This document shows positions 9,921-20,075 of a stretch of 64,000 bases of DNA, piece after piece. The notes under the pieces are model-generated. The model was not told the origin of the DNA. It did no database searches and was given only the letters and a program-made list of their open reading frames with translations. The stretch comes from an uncultured bacterium (GTDB lineage Bacteria; Abyssobacteria; SURF-5): positions 57,142 through 121,141 of the forward strand of contig CAZSKP010000012.1 of assembly GCA_964607485.1 (NCBI GenBank). The letters run 5' to 3'. How positions within the stretch are numbered: the first letter of the stretch is position 1; each line of letters starts with the position of its first letter. The position numbers were made by a program, and so were the translations under genes.

Positions 9921-11090
9921 GTGAGAATCTGCTTGGTCACAAGCGTGTTTCCGCCTCGGATAAGCGGGCCCTCGACGCAGACGTATCATCTCGCGCTCTC
10001 CCTCAGGCAGAGGGGCCTCGACACGTTTGTCATAACGTTCGGCAAGGAGAACGCGCTCGAATTCGTCGAGGGAATTCCCGTCCATCGGCTGCGCGAATTC
10101 GGCGGGGGCGCCGCCTCGCTAAAATACGCGAACGCATTCTTCGAGTCCAGGAGAATCCTGCTCGAAAGACGGCCCGACGTGCTGCATCACGTCTCCGGGA
10201 TGAACTACCTCTGCTGTGTGTCGGGACGGCTGGCAAGGCGGCTGGCAATTCCGAGCGTGGTTAAGTACGCCGGAGACCTCGTGTGGGAAAGGATCGCGTC
10301 CAACGGCTACACCGGTGAATACGCCGACGTTTTCACAAGCTCCGTTTCGGCCCGCGCTCTCACTCGGCTTCAGAGGTACTGCTTTTCCCTGTTCGATGTC
10401 ATCTGGTCCACGTCGAACTTTCAGACCCGCTCACTCATGCGGTTCGTCCGTGGTCCGTCCGACAAGGTTGTCACGATGCCCAATTTCATCAGGCTGAACG
10501 GGCGGCCAAAGGCGAAGTCCGGTTCCGAACAAAACGGAAAGTTGACAATACTCTCCGCATGCAGGTTCGCCCGCTGGAAAAGGGTCGAGGACACTATACA
10601 CGCTTTCAGTTTGCTCGACAGAAGCCGGGTGAAACTGAAGATTGTCGGCGGCGAGGACGCCCGCATCGCTTCCGAGCTAAAGGAAATGACGAGGGAGATG
10701 GGGTTGGAAAACTGCGTTCAATTTGTCGGACCCGAGTCGCCGACGCAGATGCTCGAGCATTTCGAGAACGCGCACATCTTTTGCTCCTCCAGCCGCTATG
10801 AGCCGTTCGGCATCGCGCTCGTCGAGGCGATGGCGGCAGGGCTGCCCGTCGTGGCGGTCAACACAGGCGGAGTTCCCGAGGTCGTCCCGCACAACAGCGC
10901 GGGCTACCTTGTCAAAGCCGGCGACACGGCGGAGATGGCCGCGCGCTTGCAGACGCTGGCCGACACCGACGAGCTTCGCCGAAGCATGGGACGGTTCGCG
11001 GCCGAACACGCGAGAAAGTTCGACATCGAAGACAATTTAGAGAAAATCATCGACCTCTATCGACTGGCCATAGAGAGGATGAAGGCGTAA
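9921..11090 (+). CDS. Glycosyltransferase family 4
   Basis: FPPRISG, RFARWKR, EPFGIALVEAMAAG (EX7E). Confidence 0.9.
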   Translation: MRICLVTSVFPPRISGPSTQTYHLALSLRQRGLDTFVITFGKENALEFVEGIPVHRLREFGGGAASLKYANAFFESRRILLERRPDVLHHVSGMNYLCCVSGRLARRLAIPSVVKYAGDLVWERIASNGYTGEYADVFTSSVSARALTRLQRYCFSLFDVIWSTSNFQTRSLMRFVRGPSDKVVTMPNFIRLNGRPKAKSGSEQNGKLTILSACRFARWKRVEDTIHAFSLLDRSRVKLKIVGGEDARIASELKEMTREMGLENCVQFVGPESPTQMLEHFENAHIFCSSSRYEPFGIALVEAMAAGLPVVAVNTGGVPEVVPHNSAGYLVKAGDTAEMAARLQTLADTDELRRSMGRFAAEHARKFDIEDNLEKIIDLYRLAIERMKA

Positions 11091-11092
11091 CG

Positions 11093-12334
11093 ATGAAGCC
11101 AATCGGAAAAAGCCGCGGCAACGCCTTGCCGAACGTTCTCGCCATAAGCCTCGACTCCAACCTGGCCTTGGGCACGGAGGCGCGGCTGGGCGATTCGACG
11201 CGGCGGGTGCTGGCGGTCGCGTCCGTGTGCCAGACGTATCACATCGTGATGAGAACGTTCCGGCCCGGATCCCGATCGATAATTCCCCTTGGAGACAATT
11301 GCTTCTTGTATCCTGCCAATTCGCGCAATCGCATGAGCTTTATAGGCGACGCGATAACAATTGGCTCAAGAATAATCCGCAGCAATCCGATAGATGTCCT
11401 CTACACTCAGGACCCGTTCTCGTCCGGGCTCGCAGGCTACGCGCTGAAAAGAAGGTTCCGAAAACCACTCGCGCTGTCATTCGCCGGCGACATGATCGAC
11501 AATCCCCATTGGTGCGGAGAGTCGCCCCGGAACAGAGTCATGAACCGCTTCGGCAAATGGCTGATAAGGAGAGCCGACGCGTTCAGAGTCTGCAGCACGT
11601 CCGAGCGCGCGAAGCTCATCGCGAGGGGAGTTCCGGCAGGGCGCATCCACAACATCGGGTGGCTCAGCGATTTTTCGCGGTTCGAGAATGCGGACGGCAA
11701 AAGGCTGCGCGAGCGGTTCCTCTCGAATGGCTTCGACCGGCTCTTGCTGTTTGTGGGACGGCTGGTGAAACAGAAGAACCTCCCGAACCTCATCGCGGCC
11801 ATGAAGATTGTTACTGAAGCCCAAGGCTCGGTTCTGCTCCTCGTCGTCGGCGACGGAGAAGAATCGGCCCGAGTCAAGGAGCTCGCCCGGCGATTGAGAG
11901 TCGAGAAGAATGTCCTCTTCCTCGGCGCCGTTGAACATGAAAGACTGCCCGACTATTTCGCCGCCTGCGACGCGTTCGTTCTGCCTTCATTCTATGAGGG
12001 AAACGCCATTGCGGTCATGGAGGCCGCAGCGGCGGGCCGCCCCTCGGTTTCAACCGATGTCAGCGGCGCGTCCGACACGATCATCGACGGAGTAACCGGC
12101 TTCATCGTTGAAAACAACAATCCTGTTCGCCTGGCCGAAAGGCTGATCGCGCTCTTGAATGACCCCGCAAAGGCGCGCGACATGGGACGGAGCGCCCGCA
12201 GCCGTGTCACGAGAAAATACGCCGAGGAGACGATTCTCAAACAGTTTCGGGAAATGTTCATGCAGGCAAAGGAGTCGAATGCAAGTTACGAGAGAGAGCC
12301 TTCATCGATACTACTCTCAGCAAGAGGACGATGA
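11093..12334 (+). CDS. Glycosyltransferase family 4
   Basis: FVGRLVKQKN, EGNAIAVMEA. Confidence 0.9.
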   Translation: MKPIGKSRGNALPNVLAISLDSNLALGTEARLGDSTRRVLAVASVCQTYHIVMRTFRPGSRSIIPLGDNCFLYPANSRNRMSFIGDAITIGSRIIRSNPIDVLYTQDPFSSGLAGYALKRRFRKPLALSFAGDMIDNPHWCGESPRNRVMNRFGKWLIRRADAFRVCSTSERAKLIARGVPAGRIHNIGWLSDFSRFENADGKRLRERFLSNGFDRLLLFVGRLVKQKNLPNLIAAMKIVTEAQGSVLLLVVGDGEESARVKELARRLRVEKNVLFLGAVEHERLPDYFAACDAFVLPSFYEGNAIAVMEAAAAGRPSVSTDVSGASDTIIDGVTGFIVENNNPVRLAERLIALLNDPAKARDMGRSARSRVTRKYAEETILKQFREMFMQAKESNASYEREPSSILLSARGR

Positions 12335-13067
12335 GCGGAGGATGTACAGGGCCGACCGGTTGCGCGCTTACGCGCAATCGCATCGGCTGCGGGAGATAGC
12401 CAGCCTTGCCGCCCGGTATCTCCCGTTTTCACCCGATGCCCGCGTGCTCGACCTCGGCTGCGGCGACGGATTTGCGACCGACCGCGTGCTCGACGGCCTG
12501 CCGCGCTCGATGTGCCTCGGTATCGACCTGTCGGTTCACAAATTGAAAGTGATGCGTGCCAAACTCGCGCGATGTTGCGCCACGGTCGCCGACGCAGAGC
12601 GCGTTCCTCTGAAGAGCGCTTCGTTCGACATCGTCCTTTGTCTGGAGCTAATCGAGCACGTGCTCGACCCCCTGTCGGTTCTCAAAGAGGTAAGGCGGCT
12701 CTTGCGTCCGAACGGAAGGTGCCTGATAAGCACGCCCGCCGATTCGTTCATGCAGCCGACACTAGTTCGGACGCTTTCCAAACTCAAGCACCGGAACGGA
12801 CGCGGAAAGAAGTTCAACGAACATCTCCACTTTACCAGCATCGCCTTACTGCGACCCATGTTTCAGGAGGCCCGGCTCGGAATCGTTGCCCAGCAACCCG
12901 TCGGATTCCAGCACCCGCTTCGCGCTTTCGTCGCAGGCAGAGTGCGCAGCGAAAGGCTGATCGAATTCGAACGATGGCTTTCCAGGGGGTTGCCATTCGG
13001 CTCGTTCGGCGCCGGACCGCTCACGTTCGGAAACGAATACCTGGTTCTTTGTGCGAGGCCTCTTTGA
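12279..13067 (+). CDS. Class I SAM-dependent methyltransferase
   Basis: VLDLGCGDG, FDIVLCLELIEHV, LRPNGR; start after GGAG. Confidence 0.85.
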   Translation: MQVTRESLHRYYSQQEDDERRMYRADRLRAYAQSHRLREIASLAARYLPFSPDARVLDLGCGDGFATDRVLDGLPRSMCLGIDLSVHKLKVMRAKLARCCATVADAERVPLKSASFDIVLCLELIEHVLDPLSVLKEVRRLLRPNGRCLISTPADSFMQPTLVRTLSKLKHRNGRGKKFNEHLHFTSIALLRPMFQEARLGIVAQQPVGFQHPLRAFVAGRVRSERLIEFERWLSRGLPFGSFGAGPLTFGNEYLVLCARPL

Positions 13068-14167
13068 TGGCGGACATTGGAGACAAGAACGGGAAAATCT
13101 GCTGCTACCTGCCCGAATACAACCGGCAGACGACGGGCCATCTCGCGCATGTGTATGACCTTCTGGCACAGGTTGCCGGCAGGCGCGACATCTTCCTTGT
13201 CGTGACGAGATCGTGCGAGGAAACTCCTCCGGAATTTGCGCACCTTTTCTATGCGAGCAAATTTCCGCTCAAGCCGATTCGGATGCTGGAAACATTCGTT
13301 GTTTTCCTCACGGCGCGCCTGCGGGGATACAAAACCTTCTATGTACACTACTCGCTGTGGAATGCCCTGCTGGCCAGTATGGTCACAAGCGTGCTGGGTG
13401 GAACCGTCCACCAGTGGCACTGCCACTGCGGCGATCTGAAAGCTCCTTCTAACGGCCACGCGCGACCCTGGTTCGCGGGCACGCTGCATCCGTGGGTGAA
13501 AAAAACGTCGCTCCGGCTTTCGGATTCCGTGGTGGTGGCCTCGCCGTCGGTGGCGAGATGGTACCAGAGAAGATTCGGGCTGGCCGATGAGAAGCTCGTT
13601 GTCATGCCTCCGTTTGTGTCCGCCGAAAGGTTCGTCACCGGCGCGCGGGCGAACGGCCGAAAAAAGCGAGTGCTTTTCGTTCACACTCTTTCAAAAGAAA
13701 AGGGCGCTCATCATCTTCTCCGGATAATTCCCCGCATCTTGGAATCGCTGCCGGAGACGCAGTTCCCCGTGGCGGGTGATGGAAGATACAGGGATGAGAT
13801 CGGCAAACTCCCCAACGTCACCATGCTCGGCGCGGTGCCGAATGTTCAGGTCCCCCGGCTCTATGCCGAGTCGGACCTCATCATTTTGCCGTCGGAGGAA
13901 GAAGGGGTGCCGCATGTACTGCTCGAGGCAATGGCGATGGGCGTCCCGTTCGTCGCCACCGATGTCGGCGGAGTGGCAGACCTTGTAGGAGAGTCGCTCA
14001 AGGACACCCTCGTGTCTCCCGGCGACATCGATGCGTTCGTCGAGCGTTCGGTCGAGATACTCACAAACGAGAAGCTCGCCGCAGACCTGAGCAGACGCTG
14101 CCTGGCCCGGGCGAGCGACTTTACGCTCGAAAACGCCGCAGACCGGTTTTTGGAAAAGATACGGTGA
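13067..14167 (+). CDS. Glycosyltransferase family 4
   Basis: TGATG coupling; LFVHTLSKEKG, EGVPHVLLEAMAMG. Confidence 0.88.
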   Translation: MADIGDKNGKICCYLPEYNRQTTGHLAHVYDLLAQVAGRRDIFLVVTRSCEETPPEFAHLFYASKFPLKPIRMLETFVVFLTARLRGYKTFYVHYSLWNALLASMVTSVLGGTVHQWHCHCGDLKAPSNGHARPWFAGTLHPWVKKTSLRLSDSVVVASPSVARWYQRRFGLADEKLVVMPPFVSAERFVTGARANGRKKRVLFVHTLSKEKGAHHLLRIIPRILESLPETQFPVAGDGRYRDEIGKLPNVTMLGAVPNVQVPRLYAESDLIILPSEEEGVPHVLLEAMAMGVPFVATDVGGVADLVGESLKDTLVSPGDIDAFVERSVEILTNEKLAADLSRRCLARASDFTLENAADRFLEKIR

Positions 14168-15471
14168 ATATGAGATTGACGCTCGAACAAAATGAGAGAG
14201 AATCCTTCACCTCCGCCGGGACATCTCCGCCGAAGACGTTGTTTTCAATCATCTATCCGTACACAAACATCGGGTTCCCTTCGCAGATGGCGAACATGAT
14301 ACAGACGCTGAACACGTGCGACGCCCTTGCGCGGACCGGACGAGCGCGGGTGAGCCTCATCCTACGCAACTCGTCCGGCTGGAGCCCGGAGAGAATTCGC
14401 TCCTATTACGGCCTGGATGAGAACCCGGCGTTCGAGCTCCATTCGATTCCGCTCGGCCATTCGCTGCGCCCGGTCATCGGAAAGCTCGACAACCTGCTGT
14501 ACCGCGTTTTGCTTGTGCGCGCCGTGCGAAGAATCGCCAGTCGATCCGACAACGTCGTCATATACGCGAGAGACGCTTCCATCCTCGCTCTGCTCGCTTC
14601 GGCGGCGGGTCTCGGAAAGTCGGCCAGGTTCGCATTCGAAGCTCACAACATCGTCGGCACATCGCTTGGTCACAGCCACAGATGGTACGGCGGCACGAAG
14701 CCGGTCGGTTCGCGAAAGATACGGTTCTACGCCTCCCTCGAGCGCCGCGCCTTGAAACGCGCGGAGGTCGTGTTCGCGCTCACGCACAGGCTCAAGGAAA
14801 TGCTCGCGGACGAACACGGCGTTCGAAAGGAAAAGATTTTCGTTGTGCCCGACGCCGCCAGAAGAATCCGGTTCGACAAACGCCCCGCAGAAGGCAACGG
14901 ACATGAGCCTCTCGTCGGTTACGTCGGTCAGCTTTTCCCGTCGAGGGGAGTGCACGTGCTCATTCGGGCGATGCAGCTGCTCGACAGCTCCGTCAAGCTT
15001 CTCATCGTGGGCGGAAGCAGCCACAGGAACGACATCGACCAGCTTTCAGCGCTGGCGCGGGCGGTGGGCGTGGGGGACAGAGTGACTTTCTCGGGATTCG
15101 TCGAGCCTTCACGCGTCGGCCCGTTTCTGTCGAGGCCCGACGTGCTCGTCATGCCGCTTATCGACGACGCGGTCACACGCAACTTCGCGTCTTCCATGAA
15201 ACAATTCGAGTACATGGCCGCGCGCAGGCCGATAGTGGCATCCGACCTTCCTTCGACGAGGGAGATACTTCGCCACCGGGAGACGGCGATACTCGTGCAG
15301 CCCGACTCCCCCGCCGCGCTCGCCGAAGGGATATCACTCGCGCTCAACGATAGACAGCTCGCGCACAGCATCAGCGAAGCCGCCTACCGCGAGGTGAACG
15401 AAAAATACACCTTTCCCGTGAGGGCACAGAAAATTATCAGCGCCCTGGAGGAAGTATGCAATCGGGATTGA
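14164..15471 (+). CDS. Glycosyltransferase family 4
   Basis: YVGQLFPSRG, SSMKQFEYMAA. Confidence 0.88.
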   Translation: MNMRLTLEQNERESFTSAGTSPPKTLFSIIYPYTNIGFPSQMANMIQTLNTCDALARTGRARVSLILRNSSGWSPERIRSYYGLDENPAFELHSIPLGHSLRPVIGKLDNLLYRVLLVRAVRRIASRSDNVVIYARDASILALLASAAGLGKSARFAFEAHNIVGTSLGHSHRWYGGTKPVGSRKIRFYASLERRALKRAEVVFALTHRLKEMLADEHGVRKEKIFVVPDAARRIRFDKRPAEGNGHEPLVGYVGQLFPSRGVHVLIRAMQLLDSSVKLLIVGGSSHRNDIDQLSALARAVGVGDRVTFSGFVEPSRVGPFLSRPDVLVMPLIDDAVTRNFASSMKQFEYMAARRPIVASDLPSTREILRHRETAILVQPDSPAALAEGISLALNDRQLAHSISEAAYREVNEKYTFPVRAQKIISALEEVCNRD

Positions 15472-16160
15472 CGAAGAAGATCGCAACGCGCCTGCTGCCG
15501 GGCTTCGAATACGTGAAGAAGCCGCGATACGCGACGACGGCTCTCGATTACGACGACTACTGGCGGCGGCTCGAGGCGAAGACGCACTTGAAACAGCGCC
15601 ACCTGCTCCTCGCGCGCCAAATACCCGACAGCTCGCGCGTGCTGGAGGTCGGGTGCGGCACGGGCGATTTTTCCTGCTATCTCATGCGCAAGAAAAACTG
15701 CGAGGTGCTCGCGACCGACATATCGGAGCGAGCAGTTTGCGTGGCGCGCCGGAAGGGAGTGAACGCGATGGTTCGCGACATCGCGCGCGAGCCGCTTGGG
15801 AACGGAGACGGGCGCTTCGATTTCGCCGTGCTCAGCGAAGTTGTCGAGCATTGCGTCGGGGCGGAGGAGCTCCTTAACTCCGCCTCCCGCTGCGCCGACA
15901 TCTTGCTGGTGTCCGTTCCAAATGCGGCTTATGTACTGAACCGGTTGTGCCTGATGTTCGCCGGACGCTTCCCTGCGCAGTGGGTATGTCACCCGGCTGA
16001 ACACGTGCGCTTCTGGAGCGTCACCGATTTCAGGCGGTGGACGCGGCACCTGGGCTTCGAGATTCTGTGGGAGAGAGCGGCGACAGGTGTGCCCATTTTC
16101 AAAAACATTATGCCGAACCTGTTCGCTCAACAGACATGCTTTACGCTAAGAAAAAAGTAG
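15456..16160 (+). CDS. Class I SAM-dependent methyltransferase (MetW-like)
   Basis: VLEVGCGTG, FDFAVLSEVVEH, VSVPN. Confidence 0.85.
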   Translation: MQSGLTKKIATRLLPGFEYVKKPRYATTALDYDDYWRRLEAKTHLKQRHLLLARQIPDSSRVLEVGCGTGDFSCYLMRKKNCEVLATDISERAVCVARRKGVNAMVRDIAREPLGNGDGRFDFAVLSEVVEHCVGAEELLNSASRCADILLVSVPNAAYVLNRLCLMFAGRFPAQWVCHPAEHVRFWSVTDFRRWTRHLGFEILWERAATGVPIFKNIMPNLFAQQTCFTLRKK

Positions 16161-17605
16161 AGCCGCAGCGCGGCGGCGTCCGTCTCGGCAACAGCGTCCT
16201 GTGGGCGTCGTCGGCCAGCGTGCTTGCGAAGGTCATCGACCTGGCCGGTCTGGTTCTGCTTGCCCGCCTGCTCGACCCGGAGAGCTTCGGGCTCGTGGCG
16301 ATGGCGCTGTTGGTGATAAACGCGCTCGAGCTCTTGATGGACTTCGGGCTGGGACAGGCGCTGGTGCAAAGGGGCAGCATGGACAACAATGCCGCCGAGA
16401 CAACGCTCTACATCGTCCCGGCGATTGGAATCGTCCTCTTTGCGGTCGCCTTCTTCCTTGCCGGCCCGACGGCTGCGTTTTTTCGCTCATCCGAGTTGAC
16501 GAATATCATACGCGCGCTTTCGCTTGTGCTGGTGGTGCAATCGGTGGGCGCCGTGCCGGGAGCGCTTCTCGAGAGGAAACTGCTGTACCGGAAAATGACC
16601 GTTGCGGAGTCGCTCAGCTCGCTCTGCTATCTCGCGGTCGCGGCGCCGCTCGCGTACGCGGGATGGGGCGTATGGAGCTTGGTGTACGGTAAGCTTGCGC
16701 GTAGTTTTGTCAAGTCGGCAATCATGTGGGTCGTGGCCGGATGGAAGCCCGCCGGCAAATTCAATCTTCTGGCTGCAAGAGAGCTCTACAGGTTCGGCCG
16801 CCACATCGTCGTGCTGGGCCTAATCTCGTTCGCGCTAAAGAACCTGGACAATGCGATTATCGGACGGTACCTCAACCCTACTCAATTGGGTCTGTACTCT
16901 GTGGCCTATGCCATCGGCAACCTTCTGCCGACGTTCGTGAAGATGACGCTCGGCCGTGTCACCTTCCCCTACTACTCGCGCATACGGGAGAATCCGGATG
17001 AGCTGCGCGAGAAATTTCTGACCATCAACAAGGCCAACGTTGTCCTCTGCGTGTGGCTAACGCTGATGCTGGCCGGCGCGTTTCCGCCCGTGGCGGGCTC
17101 GATCCTCGGCGATCAGTGGAAGGAAATCGGGCCGCTGATTCAGGTGCTTGCATTCTTCGGGCTGCAGAGGTCCATCGGCTCGGTGTGCGCACCCGCTCTG
17201 AACGCGCTGGGTGTTCCCCAGGCGCAGAGAGAGCCGATGCTCCTCAATGCCGCGATATTCGTTCCGCTTGCCATACCCGTCGCAAAGCTGGGCGGCGCTC
17301 CCGCGATCGCTCTGCTGGCTACGCTCAGCATCGTTCCCGGTTTCGTCTGGACCCTGCGCCGCACTTTCGCTCTGCTGGAGCTCGATTCCGAGCTGCCGAG
17401 GCTGCTCGTCCCGTGCGCAATCGGAGTCGCCTGCATGGCGCTGCAAAAAATGGTAGGGCACCCTTTCGGGCTCGAGGATTACAGGTACGCCGTCTTCGCG
17501 GTGGCGAGCCTGTCGATTGCTTTCTTGGTGCTGATCCGGTTGTTTGAGCCGAAATCGTTCTCGACGCTGGGCGCTTTCGGGCGAATGCTGTTGGAGACGA
17601 CATGA
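16136..17605 (+). CDS. wzx: Wzx flippase (WzxC/PST family)
   Basis: LARLLDPESFGLVAMA, DFGLGQALVQ, LGLYSVAY; about 12-14 TMs; start codon uncertain. Confidence 0.88.
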   Translation: MLYAKKKVEPQRGGVRLGNSVLWASSASVLAKVIDLAGLVLLARLLDPESFGLVAMALLVINALELLMDFGLGQALVQRGSMDNNAAETTLYIVPAIGIVLFAVAFFLAGPTAAFFRSSELTNIIRALSLVLVVQSVGAVPGALLERKLLYRKMTVAESLSSLCYLAVAAPLAYAGWGVWSLVYGKLARSFVKSAIMWVVAGWKPAGKFNLLAARELYRFGRHIVVLGLISFALKNLDNAIIGRYLNPTQLGLYSVAYAIGNLLPTFVKMTLGRVTFPYYSRIRENPDELREKFLTINKANVVLCVWLTLMLAGAFPPVAGSILGDQWKEIGPLIQVLAFFGLQRSIGSVCAPALNALGVPQAQREPMLLNAAIFVPLAIPVAKLGGAPAIALLATLSIVPGFVWTLRRTFALLELDSELPRLLVPCAIGVACMALQKMVGHPFGLEDYRYAVFAVASLSIAFLVLIRLFEPKSFSTLGAFGRMLLETT

Positions 17606-18690
17606 AGGTTCTGTTTTTCGGTTCGTACTCTCGCGAGTATCCGCGGAATAAAATTATCCGCGAGGGGCTCAGCCTGGCGGGAGTGGAAGTGCTCGAGTGC
17701 AACGTTCCGTTCGAGGAAAACCGGCGGTTCTATGACCGCTACCTGACACTTTTGCGCAACCTCAAGAGCATCGGCAACGGATGGGAAGTAATGGTGGCGC
17801 CCGAATTCAACCACAAGAACATGCCGCTTGCGTTTGCCGCGGCACGCCTGTGCCGCCGTCCTCTCATCTTCGACCCGCTCGTCTCCTCATACAACACCAA
17901 CGTCGAGGACAGAAAGCGCGTGAGCCCGAACGGAAGTGCCGCCTTGATGCAGCGTGCGCTCGACAGGACCGGCTTCATGCTCGCCGACAGAGTGTGGGCC
18001 GACACCGGCGAACATCTGAGATATTTTCACGAGACATTTCAGGTGCCACTTCGGAAGCTGTGCGTCGTGCCGGTCGGCGTCGACGACGAGGTCTTCCATC
18101 CATATCCCGACCGCAAAGAGAAAGAAGGGTTTGTCGTCGCCTTCTGGGGAAGCTACGTTCCGCTCCACGGATTGGAACACATCCTTGGAGCCGCGTCCCT
18201 CTTGAAGTGCTACAGCGAAATACGGTTCAAGCTCGTCGGCAATGGTCAGACATTTGAACACATCAAAGGCCTCTGCCGCCGCGAAAATCTGCACAACGTG
18301 GCGCTGATGCCGCCTGTGCCGTACAGGAGACTCCCCGAAGTTCTGTCCGACGCCGACATCTGCCTCGGCATCTTCGGCGGCACGGACAAGGCGGGGCGGG
18401 TCGTTCCGAACAAGGTATATCAGGCGCTGGCGATGCGCAAGCCGGTGATAACGGGCGACTCGCCCGCCATTAGGGAAGCGTTCGAGAGCGGGGTCCACCT
18501 GCTCACCTGCAAGATGGCCGACCCGTCATCGCTTGCGCGTGCGATACAGACCCTCTTGAATGCCTCCGAACTTCGCGGGAAGCTTGCTTCTGAAGGCCAT
18601 GAGCTCGTCATGAAAAAGTTCTCACGGAAAGCCATCGGCGAAAAGGTCAAGAGAATTTTGAAACAAATAATCGAGGAAGAGAGCACATGA
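17602..18690 (+). CDS. Glycosyltransferase family 4
   Basis: FWGSYVPLHG, VPNKVYQALAMRKPVIT. Confidence 0.88.
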   Translation: MKVLFFGSYSREYPRNKIIREGLSLAGVEVLECNVPFEENRRFYDRYLTLLRNLKSIGNGWEVMVAPEFNHKNMPLAFAAARLCRRPLIFDPLVSSYNTNVEDRKRVSPNGSAALMQRALDRTGFMLADRVWADTGEHLRYFHETFQVPLRKLCVVPVGVDDEVFHPYPDRKEKEGFVVAFWGSYVPLHGLEHILGAASLLKCYSEIRFKLVGNGQTFEHIKGLCRRENLHNVALMPPVPYRRLPEVLSDADICLGIFGGTDKAGRVVPNKVYQALAMRKPVITGDSPAIREAFESGVHLLTCKMADPSSLARAIQTLLNASELRGKLASEGHELVMKKFSRKAIGEKVKRILKQIIEEEST

Positions 18691-20075
18691 GGGTTCTACT
18701 CGTAAAGCCGCATTCGTGGTTCAGCGCCAAAGGCGTCGGTCTGCCTCTTGGACTTGCCTACCTCGGCGGCGAGCTGATTCGTTCCGGCCATGAGGTGAGC
18801 GGACTCGACCTCATGTTGTCCGACCCGAAGGAAGCGCCCGGTGTGTTTTCCCGGCGCATCTCGGAGTTCAGGCCCGACCTTGTCGGCATCACGTGCAACT
18901 CTCACGAGAGGCTGGCAGCCTTCGAGGCCGCCCGCTGGACGAAGAAGCTCGGCGACATCCCGGTCGTCATGGGAGGGCCGCACGTCACGTTCACAGCGGA
19001 GCAGACGCTCGAGCATGTGCGCGAAGTGGACATGGTGGTCCTCCACGAGGGCGAGCACACTCTCCTCGACCTCTGCAACGCGCTCGCCTCCGGCGGTCGG
19101 CTCGCAGATGTTGATGGCATCGTTTTCCGCGAGAGCGGCAGCGTGGTCAGAACCGAACCTCGCCAATTTATCAAAGACCTCGATACCCTGCCGATGCCCG
19201 CGCGTCACCTGTTTGAAGCCGACCGGTACGACCTTTATCTGCCCATCGCTGGCAGGCCGAAGGCGGTCCATCTCGTGTCTAGCCGCGGATGTCCCTACTC
19301 CTGCTTTTTTTGCTCGGCGACTCAGATGGCGGGCGGCAAGGCGCGTATGAGGTCGGCTGAGCACGTGATTCGCGAGATAGAGATAATCGCCGACAGCTAC
19401 CCCTCGTGCAACTGGATATTTTTCTATGACGACCACTTCACGTTGTTGAAGAAACGCGTCGTGGAAATCTGCGATCGCATGATAGAGCGGGGGCTCAGGT
19501 TGAACTGGGGATGCTACGGGCGCGCCGATTCGCTTGATGAAGAACTGCTGGGCCACATGAAGGCGGCCGGCTGCAGGATGATTTCCTTCGGAATCGAGTC
19601 GGGCAGCGACCGCGTGCTTCGCCTGATGGGGAAAAAGGTGACGCGGCAAAGGATAGAGAGAGCCATCGCGCTTACAAAGGCGAAGGGGATAGTCACACGC
19701 TGCTCGTTTTTCTTCGGCTATCCCGGCGAGCGGCTGAGAGACGCGGCCGCTACTCTGGACTTCATAAAGAAGATGCGCCTGGAAAAAGACGAGGTCGTGT
19801 GGAGCCGGTGCCCCGTGCTCTATCCCGGTACCGCGCTGTTCGAAAGGCTCTCGCACGATGGAATCATTCCTCGGGATTTCAACTGGGCCGTCCCGCCGAA
19901 TGTCCCGGCGTACAAGGACGTGCCCATCTATGTGTCCCGGCATTCCAAACTGCGGGAAGTCATGGTCAGAGGCTACTTGAAATTTTTCGTCGAAAACCGG
20001 GGAAGGCCGCTCATAGTCTCATTCCCCGAGTATTTCATTTCGCGCCTCACGAGGAGCGGATATGTCGAGAGTTGA
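18687..20075 (+). CDS. Cobalamin-binding radical SAM protein
   Basis: LPLGLAYL, GGPHVT, SRGCPYSCFFC, GIESGS. Confidence 0.9.
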   Translation: MRVLLVKPHSWFSAKGVGLPLGLAYLGGELIRSGHEVSGLDLMLSDPKEAPGVFSRRISEFRPDLVGITCNSHERLAAFEAARWTKKLGDIPVVMGGPHVTFTAEQTLEHVREVDMVVLHEGEHTLLDLCNALASGGRLADVDGIVFRESGSVVRTEPRQFIKDLDTLPMPARHLFEADRYDLYLPIAGRPKAVHLVSSRGCPYSCFFCSATQMAGGKARMRSAEHVIREIEIIADSYPSCNWIFFYDDHFTLLKKRVVEICDRMIERGLRLNWGCYGRADSLDEELLGHMKAAGCRMISFGIESGSDRVLRLMGKKVTRQRIERAIALTKAKGIVTRCSFFFGYPGERLRDAAATLDFIKKMRLEKDEVVWSRCPVLYPGTALFERLSHDGIIPRDFNWAVPPNVPAYKDVPIYVSRHSKLREVMVRGYLKFFVENRGRPLIVSFPEYFISRLTRSGYVES